Positions 51,243-64,000 of a stretch of DNA of 64,000 nucleotides are shown here, one piece after another. The notes under the pieces were generated by a model. The model saw nothing but the letters and a program-made list of their open reading frames with translations, did not search any database and had not been told where the DNA came from. Source of the stretch: Podarcis melisellensis (lineage: Eukaryota); NCBI GenBank assembly GCA_964234715.1, contig OZ174275.1; one strand, written 5' to 3'. The translations under genes and the position numbers were made by a program. Every line of letters starts with the position of its first letter. Positions within the stretch are counted from its first letter, which is position 1.

Positions 51243-53687
51243 TATATAACAAAGTGTGATAGTGGGTTCTATTCACTTGACTTACAAAAGTGAATCTGAG
51301 GACAGCCAGTGATTTCAAAAGTATGCCTAAAACTTTTATAGCAATCCTGAACCAAAGCTTGTAATTTATCTGCAGTTATTTTGTAATCATTTTTGTCTTT
51401 GTACCTCAAATGTTCTGGATGCTAAACAGAACAAATTATTTTTGCTATTAAATGTACAGCTATGATTGCAATGAAGTTAGATGAACGGACGATATATATA
51501 AAACAGCAAATTTATCATGCCCTTGTGACTGTGCATTTTATACTTCAAGCCACAGTAGGTTTTTTTAATTATCACTTTCTAGAGCCTTTTAAAGTTATTT
51601 TATTAAGCCATAATTTCCAAATGAGTACAGTGAGGTGCCCTCTATTAACTTCCCTCACAACACTGAATCATGCTGATGAATATTGGTGCTAGAAAAGAGT
51701 TTTCCCTTTGGCATGGGTTAAGTTGGGCAGTGTTTCTTATACTGTTGCTATTATTTATATAGTTCCATCAATTATATAATGCTTTAAAATATTAAGTAAA
51801 ACAGGACCCTGCTAAAAGCTTTACACCTAAAAGTAGGCAAAATAATGTCAGTGAGAAGTATGAGAGAAGCAGAAGAAAAAGAGGGGGAAAGTGATAAGAA
51901 ATGTCTTATACACATAATTATTAGGCCCTGAAAATAAAATGCAGGATGTGAGCAGGGCTTACAGTAGAAGCATATGCATGTTTAATCAAGATTTTCAATT
52001 GGGCTTACTTCTAAATATGTGTGCATGGGATTGCAGCACAAATGTATAACAATAACAAAAGTTCTGAGGAAGAAATCAAAATTCTGTGCTATGGACTATC
52101 AAATTCTGTGCTCAGAATACATTATGTCCACTATGATTTCACAAACAGTTCTGCAGTTACAACACATTAAAGTGTTTCACATGCACTGCAACCACACGCC
52201 ACTTTAAATCTGACAAACTTTTGAACTTGGCTCACTCTGTCCTTCCAAGACCCAATAATTTCTCATGGAAATATGCCAATAGGTAACAGTAGAAAGTCGT
52301 TTTGTGGCTGGAAAATGATTGTCTGACCCATTCACATGCTTGAAAACTTCCAGCAACTGTTGTAACAGACAGAATATATTAAAAAGAAATGCCCTGAAAA
52401 AGAACATTTAAGGTTTGTAAGATTAAATCATAGACTAACATTGGCAGAAGGCCATAAGTAAGCGTCAGTGTATTTATGCTGAATTCAAAGACATTCAATG
52501 GAAAGCCTTTAAGCGCACACTTGTTTTGTCATCAAAATGATGGGCATGATAAATGCACTTAGCAGAAAGAAACAAAGGGGCTGAGATATAGCAAAGGCAA
52601 GCCAGAGAAGTTGATTAGAGTAATCATAATGAGATGGAACAAGATCATCAACCAGGATTTGGGCTGTAAAAGAAGAGAGGAAAGGGAATATTTTAGAAAT
52701 GTTATGAGGGAGGGGGAATCAAATGGGAGGCGTTTGTCACCGTCGCAAGAATAAAAGGTTTTAGCAGGCAACCCAGAGAAAAGGTTAAAGTAAGGAAAGA
52801 AAAACACGTCTTTGATCAGAAGACATCACAAAAGCTGAGAGAAAGTAGAGGAGGAGCTGAGCAGAAGATATGCATTAAACAATTCAACAAGCAGGGGGGA
52901 AAACAGTAATGAAGAGACCTCAAATCTCATAAAGAATTGAAAGAAGCTAGTGCTCAAGGAAAGCATAAAGATTCAGAAAGATAGGACTATACAAGTGACC
53001 ATTATTACAGAAAGGTATGTGAAGAGGGCAAACCTTAGCATATGAAAAGAGGCTTTCAAATGATTGAAATAGCTCTAGGTCAGTGAAGGAGGGTCTGTGG
53101 TTTATGGTTGTTATAATGCTTTTTAAAATATTCATTCTTCTGATGACCTGTGAATTGTGCTTATGAGTCTTCCATTTAGTAAGTTATAAAGATTTGAATT
53201 CAAACACTCTAAAAATGAATTTCATAGCTATTTATCAGTTTGGTCCGGAAGAGCCATTTTGTATCAAACACTGATAAACACAGATATCCCCCTCTTTGCC
53301 CTGAGATGTGCAATAGGCATCAATACACTGAAGTTGTCAACTGGTTTAAAAACTGACAGGATGCTGCTGGTCTGAGATAAAACTCTCTTTTGGAGGTGTA
53401 TTATTTTAGCATTTAAAGGACAGCTAAGTCCAAAACCCCATGCACACTCAAGATTGCACACAGAGCTCAAATGTAAACACAATTCCCCATTCACACAAAA
53501 GGAATGTGTGCAATGGATGCCTTATATCCACAAGGGATTTCTAGGCTGATAATTGCCTTATTTTTAAAATCATGGTAAACTGAAATTGTTAAAATTAAAT
53601 TTTAAATTATTTTAGCTCAAATTGCTCCTCCTTTTTTGATACCTCAGAAAATCTCTGGTGATTACCATGCAGTAAAGTTAGCCATTA

Positions 53688-53890
53688 CAGTGATACCTTG
53701 GATCCCAAACGGCTTAGTTGTCAAACAAATTGGCTCCCGAACACTGCTAACCTGGAAGTGTTCCAGTTTGCAAACATTTTTTTGAATCCAAACGTCCAAC
53801 ATGGCTTACGCAGCTTCCAGTTGCATGCAGGAAGCTCCTGCAGCCAATCGGAAGCCGCGGCTTGGTTTTCGGTTTAGGGAATCGAACAGA
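53688..53890. mobile_element. Truncated Tigger/pogo-like MITE
   Basis: TA|cagtgataccttggatcc... Body homologous to the 22795 copy, right TIR not seen. Confidence 0.7.
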
Positions 53891-56414
53891 TGGGAGCAGA
53901 TGGGCACTGTCCCTACTGAGTTTTTGATTCCATCCAGTTTCTGAGATTCCACAGAAGCAAGGTAACTTGCAGTGCAGACATACCCTGAATTCAATAACCT
54001 CTTTCCATCAAGTACTTTTTTCTGAATGTTTTCTGAAATCCTCCCAAATGCAGGACGTAAATAGCTTACTACGTAGCTTCATTGGCAAGTGAAACATATA
54101 GCAGACCATATGTCTCATTCAACATTCATTTTGCAGTACTGTCTATGTCTGTGACAAAGCACTGCTCCCTACAAAAACACTGCCAGAATTGTTTTTCGGA
54201 ATTGTTTCATTACCTCTGCAAGAGGTGTTGCTATCTTAATTCAGAAGGGAGTCTACACCTTAACCTAATGACATTGCTATAGGAACCTTATTTACAGTAT
54301 GATAAAAGAAACTCTTTCTTTCTTACAGCCCCATTAAATCTAAGCCTCATTTAACTAGCAGGACATTTTTACAATGGGTTTGCTGACATACTGTGATAAA
54401 TGGCTGTGTAACATCTTTCAACAATAGCTGTGGCCATAGTCCTCACTATAATGTATATAAACACAGCATCTTTTTAAACAATGCACGGTCCTCAATAGCA
54501 GGAAGTGAAGTAACTCTGCACACAAATACTTTTACTAAGATTTTTTTTGAGTGTGTGGAAAAGAAGAAACATCTACTGAAAACTATGAGAATTAAAAGTT
54601 TCTGAATAGTCCAGAGTAGTCTTTGAAATTGTGGCGCAGGCAGAATGATTTCCGGAAACCTGATGCTTTAAAGATAAAAGAGTTGGCAATAGGATGAAAG
54701 CTGCCCTCCCCCTCCCTTTTTTTTACATGTCAGAGAAATGAATGGAATGGCTTATGAATACATGCAGCTTGCTCATTCAGGAGCAACACTGGTGCCTATT
54801 TGTCCTGAAATATCGGTGTTAGGTTACTGTGGAAATCTAAATAATCATTAGCTAGCATGAACTTGATCTCCAAGAAAAATGTGGGCCAGGAGATGGCTTT
54901 GCTGAAGAGGCTTAACAAACCTTCAGAACTCCACTGTGATCAAGGCATTGCAGGGCTTCTTTTGAGTGCTTGAGCTTTTACAACGCCAGGCACCTTTTAA
55001 AATTTGTTATACATTACAAACAGCAGTGATATGGAGGGGATGCAGGTCTTGCTAAATGGTAGGATAAGTGGAAGTTTATTCAACAAGCGCAATGGTCTTC
55101 CCGCTCATAGCTAGACTCTGATATAATTTTACATAAAATGATATCATAAAGCTGGACATGGTAAAGCTACAGTATTTACACTGGAGACTAGGGTCTGACA
55201 TTCTGTCTAAATGAAATTTCCCAGTTGTCCCAAACACTTTTTATCTTGTTTCCATGCTAGCAGTTAGAAATGTCACTACATATTGCCACTGTGACAGATG
55301 AGGAAAAGCACAAGAAAGCAACCTCTCTTAACTCTGCAGAATGGCAAATGTGGAAAAGCATTTAGTATTATGTTCCACAGAGGTCCAGGATTTGGGGCTT
55401 TCTTATTCTCTGAACTCCAGTTCACTCAGTTAAACATGGATTCACACACACACACAAAAGCAAAACAAGAGTGCACTAAAAAGGGGGGAAAGGCAGCCAC
55501 ACGGAGGTTAATCTGGGTCAACTCTGCATACAGAACCCAACTGTGCAGGGACATTGCCATTTGATGAACCCTATCAAGCCTGGAAAGTCTGAAACTTCCA
55601 AGCAGAATAAAACCTTCTAAGAGTGATAAACTTCCTGTTTTTATTTCCTGCTTATTTCAATACATGGCTAGTGGGGCTGTGGCTGGATTAAGTGTTTTAC
55701 AGGCATATGCCATGCGTTTCACCACTAACTTGTGATCCTCATATAATTACAGCGGATATTTCTACCCACTAGGCAGACCTATGTCATCAGCACCCACTAG
55801 GCAGCACATCAGCACATGACATGTTGAGGCAAGTGCCAGGGCCCGCGGGGTGTATAATGAAGGGTCCTGCATAATTTTAAAAAGAAACAACAATTTTTAA
55901 GGGGCTAGCACTGAGAGGAAAAGCACAAGGGCGGGCAACCGCAAAAGTGACCTTATTTCCCTTCCCTAGGAACGCAAACCTTTATAGGAAAGCATTGGCT
56001 TATAACCAGTAATTTAACTGCAGGATATAGTGGATTCAGGTACATGCCCGCCGCCCATATCACATTATGGCTTTTGCAATTATCATACAAAAGCAACTAT
56101 AAAAAATAATGTACTAATAGTGCAATCCTATATATCTACTCACATGTAAGACTCACTGAGTTCAGTGAGACTTACTCAGAGGTAAGTGTGTAAAACACCT
56201 GACTACCTAGCTGCTTTGGCAAATAAGCTCTATGAAGAAAGAACCAAGCTTTGACCTGATTTACGAAGTTTGCCTGCTTGATCACCTCAAGGATATTCTA
56301 ACTTGCCACGCACAACTCAACAAGTGGCTTTTTACAAGTCTGCATAGCAGGAACGTGGGGAAACCTGGCTCTCTGGGGGAATGTAGTGTGCAACTGACTT
56401 TGTACCTACTACAC

Positions 56415-56467
56415 CAGGCATGGCGAAACTCGGCCCTCCAAATGTTTTGGGACTACAACTCCCATCA
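56415..56467. mobile_element. Left half of the palindromic hAT-type MITE
   Basis: caggcatggcgaaactcggccctccaaatgttttgggactacaactcccatca, matching the 6671 and 9783 left arms. Confidence 0.85.
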
Positions 56468-56625
56468 CAAGGAGAAGGGGACGACAGAGGACAAGATGGT
56501 TGGACAGTGTTCTTGAAGCTACGAACATGAGTTTGACCAAACTGCGGGAGGCAGTGGAAGACAGGAGTGCCTGGCGTGCTCTGGTCCATGGGGTCACAAA
56601 GAGTCGGACACGACTAAACAACAAC
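56468..56625 (+). mobile_element. BovB (RTE) LINE 3' terminus
   Basis: gaaggggacgacagagga...agatggttgga...gcctggcgtgct...gtccatggggtcacaaagagtcggacacgact plus (aac)n tail. Confidence 0.9.
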
Positions 56626-58239
56626 TATGTGAACTCCCACTCTCTGCCAAAGCCTTTGAATGGCTAGTGTTTACATAGGAGAGAGCTCTTAACCCACTTC
56701 CCATGGTTTGCACTAAAGAGCAAGAATCCCATACACTTGTGTTGGAAGTTCAGGGCATAATCAAAAGTTCAGGTACTAAAAAATAAAAATAAAAAGATTT
56801 GACTATTTACGTGCACCATCTATACTTACAGTGAAATTCTGAAGATAGTGGAGAACAATTAATTTTAGAGATATTACTATTATAATTATCATACAAAATA
56901 TGATTACTGCTTTTTAAAATCTCCCTTAGAATACAAATTCTCCAGAATTTTAAGATTATGACTTCTTTGTTTATACTGAAAATGTGCCACGCTTATAAAA
57001 AGGAGCTCATGATATTGCTTTTAGGCCATGTTTTATGAAGATTTTTTGACAAGCTTCTCATACAATATTTAATATTGCTACTTTCGAGTTCACAAGGTTT
57101 AACTTAAAAAGCTCTCAGATGTCAGTGCAAGTCCATGCTATAGCCTGGGTTAACATAAAGGTTGAATGTGGGTCACATGCAATCTTTCTACTGTGCCATC
57201 AAAAAGTGCAAGGAGGTGAGATTTTATCATGTAGAGCTAAATCAAAGTTTTTGTGGTTTTAGGAGTCAACAGTAAAAGTCATTTGGGCCACTTTTTAGTA
57301 AACACCCTCTTTAACTATTTCAAATGGATATGTTAGGTGCTTCTGAGCTACAGAAGAAGAAGCTACCTTCTGTTGAGCTGTTGTCTGTTAATAAAAGAGA
57401 ATGCATGCATTTGAATTTTACAGACTTCTCCATTGTTCTCATTCTATCAATTCAAATTAGTCTAATCAAATAGTTATCACCTTGACCTTTTTATCACTTT
57501 CAAGTTGATGGGATTTTCCAGTTCACCTACATTCCTGTCATAGAAAAGCAACATTTAATCTTCAGCTAAAAAAGCTTAATACAAAAGTACGGTATCAAAC
57601 AGATTGCAGTTCACCATTACGTGCATATTTTTATTTTTTAAATTTCTGTGAGTCCTGGAAGACCTGCTCCTTGCCTTTCAGGCCTTTTCCCACCTGCCCT
57701 TGGAAGGTGGGGCTCTGACACCAGGTACAGAAGCTGAGGCTGCTAAACAGACTCTTGGCCAGGGGTATTGTTTACTGGGGGTTGTTTGGGAGTGGGTATG
57801 TTGCAGCTATTGATATGAATTTTTATATCTTTATTTTAGATCTTATGATTTATGTGGAAATAGTTTAATTTGTATGTGTACTTTTTGATGTTTTATTTAT
57901 TGTTTATGACTACTTTTGATGTTTGCAACATATGTACTTTTTATGTTGTAAGTTGCCTTGAGCATGGATTGAACGATGGAAAAAGTGGAATACGTATTTC
58001 ATGAAATTTATATACTGCTTGGTTGTTTAAAAACAAACCTCAAAGTGACTTTTAACTACATTAAGTTCGTAACTAGAGGTACCACTGTATTTCAAATGGA
58101 TGTGTATGATACTTTCTCACAAGATTGTGCTCAAGGCTCCTCACGATTGTGTTATGAGTATGGAAGATAAGAAAATATAAGAAAAAAAGGAATGCAAAAC
58201 AATCCAAGCCAATCTACTAATGATTTATAGATTTTAAAA

Positions 58240-58695
58240 AGTTCGCAACCAGAAGCATCTACCGTATTTTTCGCCCTACAGGACGCACTTTTCCCCCTCC
58301 AAAAATGAAGGGAAAATGTGTGTGCGTCCTATGGGGCAAATGCAGCGCCATCCCGCTGTCCACTGACCTGGTTTGGAGGCTGGCGGCTGGGAGAAGCGGG
58401 GGACAGCGGGGAGACGGAGCGCGCCCAGGCTTAGCTTTGCGCAGCTCTCCGCAAACCATGGGAGTCCGGCGGTGGGCTCCCACGGGTTGTGGAGAGCTGC
58501 CTGTTCTGGGGGCTGGGGTTGGGGGCTGGGGTAAAATAATTTTCCCCCCTTTATTCCCCCCCCCCAAAAAAAATTTAGGTGCGTCCTATGGGCCGGTGCG
58601 TCCTATAGGGCAAAAAATACGGTACTTCCAGGTTAGTGGAGCTCGTAACCCGAAGCGTTCGCAAGGAGGGCAGTACATAACACGAGGTTCCACTG
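58240..58695. mobile_element. Partial Tigger-like MITE (right end) interrupted by a nested MITE
   Basis: Ends aacacgaggttccactg|TA. gttcgcaacc / ctcgtaacccgaagcgttcgca motifs on both sides of the insert. Confidence 0.6.
58262..58622. mobile_element. Tc1/mariner-superfamily MITE with CCGTATTTTT TIRs, nested
   Basis: TA|ccgtatttttcgccctacaggacgcac...gtgcgtcctatagggcaaaaaatacgg|TA. Confidence 0.9.
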
Positions 58696-59610
58696 TATAC
58701 ATTACCAGACTATCTCTTGATTTCTATCTTTCCATATTCTATTCTGCTGCATTATAGTAACATTTTTCAGAGAAGGCAGAGCCTGCAAGAGAACAGGAAA
58801 TTCTCTTCTGCTCTGGTATAGCAATAATATGAATATATCTGGAAAGAATTAAAAGACTGTAATTTGGGGGCTTTCCCCCTTTGCTTTCCTCAAGAGAGTC
58901 TACTACACCGTAGGCTGCTGACTTCAAACCTGTATAACTAAGCTCAGCAAACTTACTGCAGTTTCACTGCTTGCTAAGATCCCAAGCTGGGGAATCACAG
59001 TCCTTGAAATATAATTTCCATGAAGTTATGCAAGTTTGAACAGCAGATCTTCTATACTGAATAGTTATTCTGAATATATCCTGAGGGAGTCATGCCATAG
59101 TAAAATTAGATTTAGTGCTTGAAGCTAAGGTTTTTCAGTTACCCTCAGGGTTATTGTTTTTAAGAATTGCCATGCTCACTGAAGAACATTGTCCTGGGAA
59201 TGCAAAGCAGGAAATCAAAAACTGCCATAAATTACTAAACTCGCTCCAACAAAGCAAAAGTTATTCAGATGAAATACTGTCAACTGAAGAGGAACTTTTT
59301 TTTTTGTAATTACATATTACACCCTGTAACAAGCAGGATAAATAGCATTTATGGCTTCAATCCTACTCCCACTTACCTGGGAGGAATCCCCACTGAATTT
59401 GACAGGTCTAAGTATAAGACCGTGGCATAAGTTGTACAGAAATGTGTGTAATTAAAAATGAATTAAAAATGAATTCATGTCATTAAAAACAAACAAATAA
59501 ACGGCTGAAAGAGATGCGGTCAAACTGATCAGGCCAAATAAACAAATTGTTCAACTTGCTGCCTCTGGAATTCCACATATGTTGGATGAAGCTCAGCATT
59601 GTATTGAAAC

Positions 59611-60126
59611 CAGGGCCATCTTACCCATAGGCACTAGGGGTGTGGGGCACCCGGGCGCCAAGCTCTCAGGGGCTCCAGGCCAAGAGTCCGGGGCCCAAGA
59701 GTTGAGTCCAGGGAAGAGCCCGCCTGCCGGTCAGAGCACTGCTCTTCTGCTGTGGGAGACTTTGCATCGCGAGTTTGGGGGCAAGCGAGTCAGCAAGGTG
59801 CTGTGGTGGCTGGCCGGCTCCGCCCTCCTGCACGCCTGGGAGTGGTGTAGGGCTGTGGAGAGGCCCACCCAGTGCACGTTGCTTACACCACGAGGTGCCT
59901 GGCTTCGCTCAGTCGCTGATGCCTTGGGCTGATTTGTTGCGCTGGGTTCCTCTGCTGCTTGCGTTGGTTGTCGCCCCCGACAACTCTGGGGAAGCTTTCC
60001 TTAAAGAAGGTCAACAACTTTGGGGTTCCTCTCCCTAAAAAAAGTCAACAACTCTGGGCAGCCTGGGGGGGGGCGCGCCGGGCTGATCTTGGCACCCCAG
60101 CACCGCATATGCTTAAGACAGCCCTG
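59611..60126. mobile_element. hAT non-autonomous element
   Basis: TIR cagggccatctta / taagacagccctg. Perfect 8-bp TSD attgaaac. Confidence 0.9.
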
Positions 60127-61049
60127 ATTGAAACCACTGGATACCCAGTTTTACAAAGCTCAAAACTGAATAAAATCAACTCCCTTTTCATATCTGCTTT
60201 TACTTATTTGTACTAGATTGAAGTTAATGGGCCTGCTCATAAAATGAAGTCTACAGTGAGGGACTAGGGTGATGTCCTCTGCTTCCAGGAACTCTTCTCA
60301 TTATAGGCCTTTTGAGGGTGAGCTTCGAGTTTGTTTGGGCTCTGGGTGAGATCTCAGAGGCTATGAGTGAGGGTGTGTGAGAAAGAAAATGAACTGATAT
60401 TGTTTTTTAATATATTAGTAACTTAGTATTAAGAACTTCCTATTTATGTAATGTTTTAAAATGTAACTGTGTATTTTTTGTAATATTTTGTTTAAGCTGC
60501 CTGTTGCAGCTTCAGTTTTTTGAACAACGCTTAGAGATATTTTTAAGCCGCATAGAAATTAATAATAAATCAGTCAATGGTCGGTTGCACAGATTTTCCA
60601 TTTCCAGTGTAAAATGTGAAATAGACAATGTTTAGGGTAGCATTCAAAGGGACATAAACCCAACACATTTTAGATTTCAGCTTCTTCAGCAGAAAGTACT
60701 CCTATTCCTAGCATAGTGCAGCATGGCAATTCACTTGCAAAATGGAGTTTCCAAAGCAGCTGATGATGGGAGTAGGCTGTGCAAAAAAAGAGTCAGAAAT
60801 TCTACACAAGCCCTTTGTATGAGACAATGAGTGAAATAAACCTCAACTGAAAGAAAGGTGAAATGCCAAGATGCCTCCATCTTATTTTTCACACCATTTT
60901 CCGCCCTTCACACATACACACTCCAAACAATACACAGTAGATCTTGTGTGCACAGAGCCACTAGGGCACCCTTTAGGGGACATTCCTGGAGAATTGTGGG
61001 GACAGCAAAGTTAGGTTCTGTCTACCCTCCTCCACGGGGATCTCCAGAA

Positions 61050-61339
61050 CAGAATCCTAGAATTGTTGAGTTAGAAGGGACAGCATCTAATCCAACCCCC
61101 TGCAATGCAGGAATCTCAGCTAAAGCACCCATGACAGAGGGCCATCTAACCTCTGCTTAAAAACCTCCAAGGAAGGAGAGTCCACCATCTTCCAATGGAG
61201 CCATTCCCACTGTCAAACAGTTCTTACTGTCAGAGAGTTCTTCCCGATGTTCAGTCGGAATCTCCTTTCTTTTAATTTGAAGCCATTGGTTTGAATCCTA
61301 CCCTCCAGGGCAAGAGAAAACAAGCTCACTCCATCTTTA
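61050..61339 (-). mobile_element. CR1 LINE 3' fragment
   Basis: agaatcctagaattgttgagttagaagggac tail. Minus frame reads GRIQTNGFKLKERRFRLNIGKNSLTVRTV, typical of the CR1 ORF2 C-terminus. Confidence 0.85.
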
Positions 61340-61676
61340 ACGTAAAGGTAAAGGGACCCCTGACCATTAGGTCCAGTTAGGTCTGGGGTTGCGGCACTCA
61401 TCTCGCTTTATTGGCCGAGGGAGCCGGCGTACAGCTTCCGAGTCATGTGGCCAGCATGACTAAGCTGCTTCTGGTGAACCAGAGCAGCGCACAGAAATGC
61501 CGTTTACCTTCCCGCCGGAGCAGTACCTATTTATCTACTTGCACTTTGACGTGCTTCCAAACTGCTAGGTGGGCAGGAGCTAGGACCGAGCAACGGGAGT
61601 TCACCCCATCGTGGGGATTCAAACCACTGACCTTCTGATTGGCAAGTCCTAGGCTCAGTGGTTTAACCCACAGCGC
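61340..61676 (-). mobile_element. Sauria SINE inserted at the CR1 fragment
   Basis: Reverse complement of the 37560 type with a small internal deletion. 31-bp flanking direct repeat. Confidence 0.93.
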
Positions 61677-62884
61677 GGCAAGAGAAAACAAGCTCGCTCC
61701 ATCTTTAGGTTGTCCTAAATAATGTGATTGCAGAATGCGCAGCTGCACTGACCATAAGCAAATGCATTTAATTTTAAACTACTAAATGAGAATGTTAACA
61801 TTTATTATGAATTAGCAGTACATTATTTGCTGTCTTCTACGCAGTCTGGCCACTGTATCTCTCACTGATATGTGCCACCTATGCCTTGCACTGCATGCCC
61901 TCTTTCTACACCTTGCCATTGCTTGTCTCCATTATCAGTTCAGGAAGAAATTTCAACAAAACTCTTCCTCTGGTCACTGATATCTCTGGGAACCAAATCC
62001 ATCAAGATATTTCTGACCCCTGTTCATGCTACTTTAACTGTCTGGTGAACAGGAAGGAACTGATAAAAATAGAATTACAATGCCCTTACAGATGAACTAG
62101 CAAGAGACTTGATTGTGATTGATGCCTGAATAAACATACAATAGCAGGCCATACATCTCAACAAGGCTTTGATAGAAGTAGAAAAGGAGTGTAGGTTTTC
62201 ATTGCTTAGACTACTGCGTTCTTTTCTCAATGAAACATTTGGGAAAGAAACAATTCACTACAAAACCCCCACAAGGGGATTCTGGCTTGTTTCTTTCATT
62301 AAAAGTAAACCAGAGAAACAAATTCTACAAGCTTGCTATTTATATGACTCCGTATGGTAACTGTGAATGCACAAAAATGAATGAGACTATTTTTCTCCAA
62401 ATAGCTCTGAATTACAAGCCTGAATGGAGGCAAGTTTAGCAATACACTACTGTTGATGTAGGAAACACTGTTGTTCCCCATATGAAACATGTAAAATGGG
62501 CGCACATCTTTAAACAACTGTGCATGTGCATCTGGGAAACCTTTTAGCATGTCTAAAGACATGAAGCACCCATGTTTTTCATATTTATTTCTTAAACTAT
62601 TCCTACCAGGGCCAATTTTTTTAAATACTTAATTTTAAAAATTACTTTTCAGAATTTTGTGAATATAGGCCAGTTATCAAGGTATAAAATTTGGCATACT
62701 TTTTTTTAACGCTGTGGTAGCCTTCTCTTTGTAAGATATTTACTTAACTTTCATCAGCAAAAAGAGCGCATGAAGATTAGTAGTCAGAATATGTCAAAAT
62801 GCTGGGTCAAATTGGGTGGATAATGGGCATGCTTAAATCCCCCTGAAATTGTTGCAGAAAATTTGGTAGCCCAAACTGCTGATG

Positions 62885-62985
62885 CAGCCTTCACCAACCT
62901 GCTGCCTTCCAGATGTTTGGAACAACTTCCACCGGCTCCAGCCAATCCAAAGCATCTGGATGGCAGCAGAACAGTGAAGGCTCTG
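62885..62985. mobile_element. Degenerate palindromic MITE
   Basis: cagccttcac...ctgctgccttccagatgtttgg / ccaaagcatctggatggcagcag...gtgaaggctctg. Confidence 0.6.
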
Positions 62986-63069
62986 CTAAGGCCTCAAAAA
63001 CAAGAAAGCAAATGAAAATTAGATCAAACATTGGGGGGGGGGACCCTCTCTCAACATGCATTCACATGT

Positions 63070-63440
63070 CAGAAGAACCACCCTGCTGGATCAGGCCAAA
63101 GGTCCATCTAGCACAGTATTCTGGTCTCATAGAAGCCAACCAGATGCCTACAGTAAGTCTACAAGATGCCTACAGTAAGCCTACAAACAAGACAAAGTGC
63201 AGCAGCAGCCTCTCTAATTTTGTTTCACAGCAGTTGGAATTGAGAGGCATATTGGCGATATGATGTTGGCGATAATATACAGTCGTCATGACAAGTAGCT
63301 GTTATCATTATTAGCCTTATCCTCAGTGAATTTGTCTCATCCCCTTTTAAAGCTGTCCAAGTGGGTAGTCTCATCACTGCATTCTGTGTCTGAGAATTCT
63401 ACAGTTTAACTATGTGCAGGGTGAAGAAAAACTTCCTTTT
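63070..63440 (-). mobile_element. Old CR1-like LINE 3' fragment with an internal 22-bp tandem duplication (63142-63185)
   Basis: ctgctggatcaggccaaaggtccatctag tail. agatgcctacagtaag(t/c)ctaca occurs twice. Confidence 0.7.
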
Positions 63441-64000
63441 AATTTATTCTCTCCTATTTATTTATTCTGCCTCTCTCCTAAATATTTTAAAGGTACCTTT
63501 TTCTAGGGATGCTTGAAGAATGTAATCTTTGTGAATTCCAGTACTAACTGAGCTGTTCCACATTTCTCACAATAACATGTGGAGCAAAATGTAGCTATCC
63601 ATCTGATTTCACACTTCTCTGAATGGTGTGGCATTAAAAAAAATCAAAATGCATTTTAAGATGCATATTCTTAGAAAAATATGTTTAAAATATGCATCTA
63701 AATTCATATTTAATTACAGATTTCCATGTAAATCTCACAAAAAAATCTGTAATTAAAATGAAAACAGGACAGTGTTTCTCATTTGAAAGTTCTAATTTCA
63801 GGGAAATAATATTATACAGTAGTAAGTTTAGTAAGTGTGGTTTGATGTCTACCATGTTCACGAAAACATATATCCAAATTGTGTACATCACACACAACTA
63901 AAATTAGCCACGATCTCCAATTTGATGTATTTCAGCATTGCTCTTGGCACTCAATCTGGTGGCCATCATAGATTATGCTATGTTACAGCCAAACTATGTT

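Noticed and set aside
52400-53150. Purine-rich stretch resembling decayed L1 (also 24800-25330)
   Set aside because: Too degenerate to fix family or boundaries without alignment.
36135-64000. Upstream MPPED2 exon with the GNHE motif
   Set aside because: Not found by eye on the minus strand. It probably lies beyond the window end, but a tBLASTn would be needed to exclude a miss.

Overview
Eukaryotic genomic DNA from a squamate reptile, probably a lacertid lizard (Sauria SINEs, BovB, lizard-type MITEs). The only supportable gene is the 3' part of MPPED2 (metallophosphoesterase domain-containing protein 2) on the minus strand. It shows three coding exons (36134-36019, 34614-34501, 28974-28856) with canonical GT-AG sites and a ~1.5 kb 3'UTR ending near an AATAAA at 27380-27375. 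Sequence above 36135 is one long intron, and the upstream exons lie outside the window. The rest is non-coding DNA dense in transposable elements: four Sauria SINEs, an L1/Tx1-like 3' fragment, CR1/L2/BovB fragments, two solo LTRs, and many hAT and Tc1/mariner-pogo MITEs, several nested with readable TSDs. Two observations stand out. (1) A perfect 98-bp-arm foldback at 13677-13877 sits in an (AT)n tract, and each arm carries a minimal hammerhead-ribozyme core typical of Penelope-like elements. (2) A candidate distal alternative last exon of MPPED2 at 5468-5209 splices in frame to the penultimate exon. Almost all ORFs in the supplied track are spurious. I found no system I can claim is truly undescribed. 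Family assignments are from recalled motifs, not database searches.
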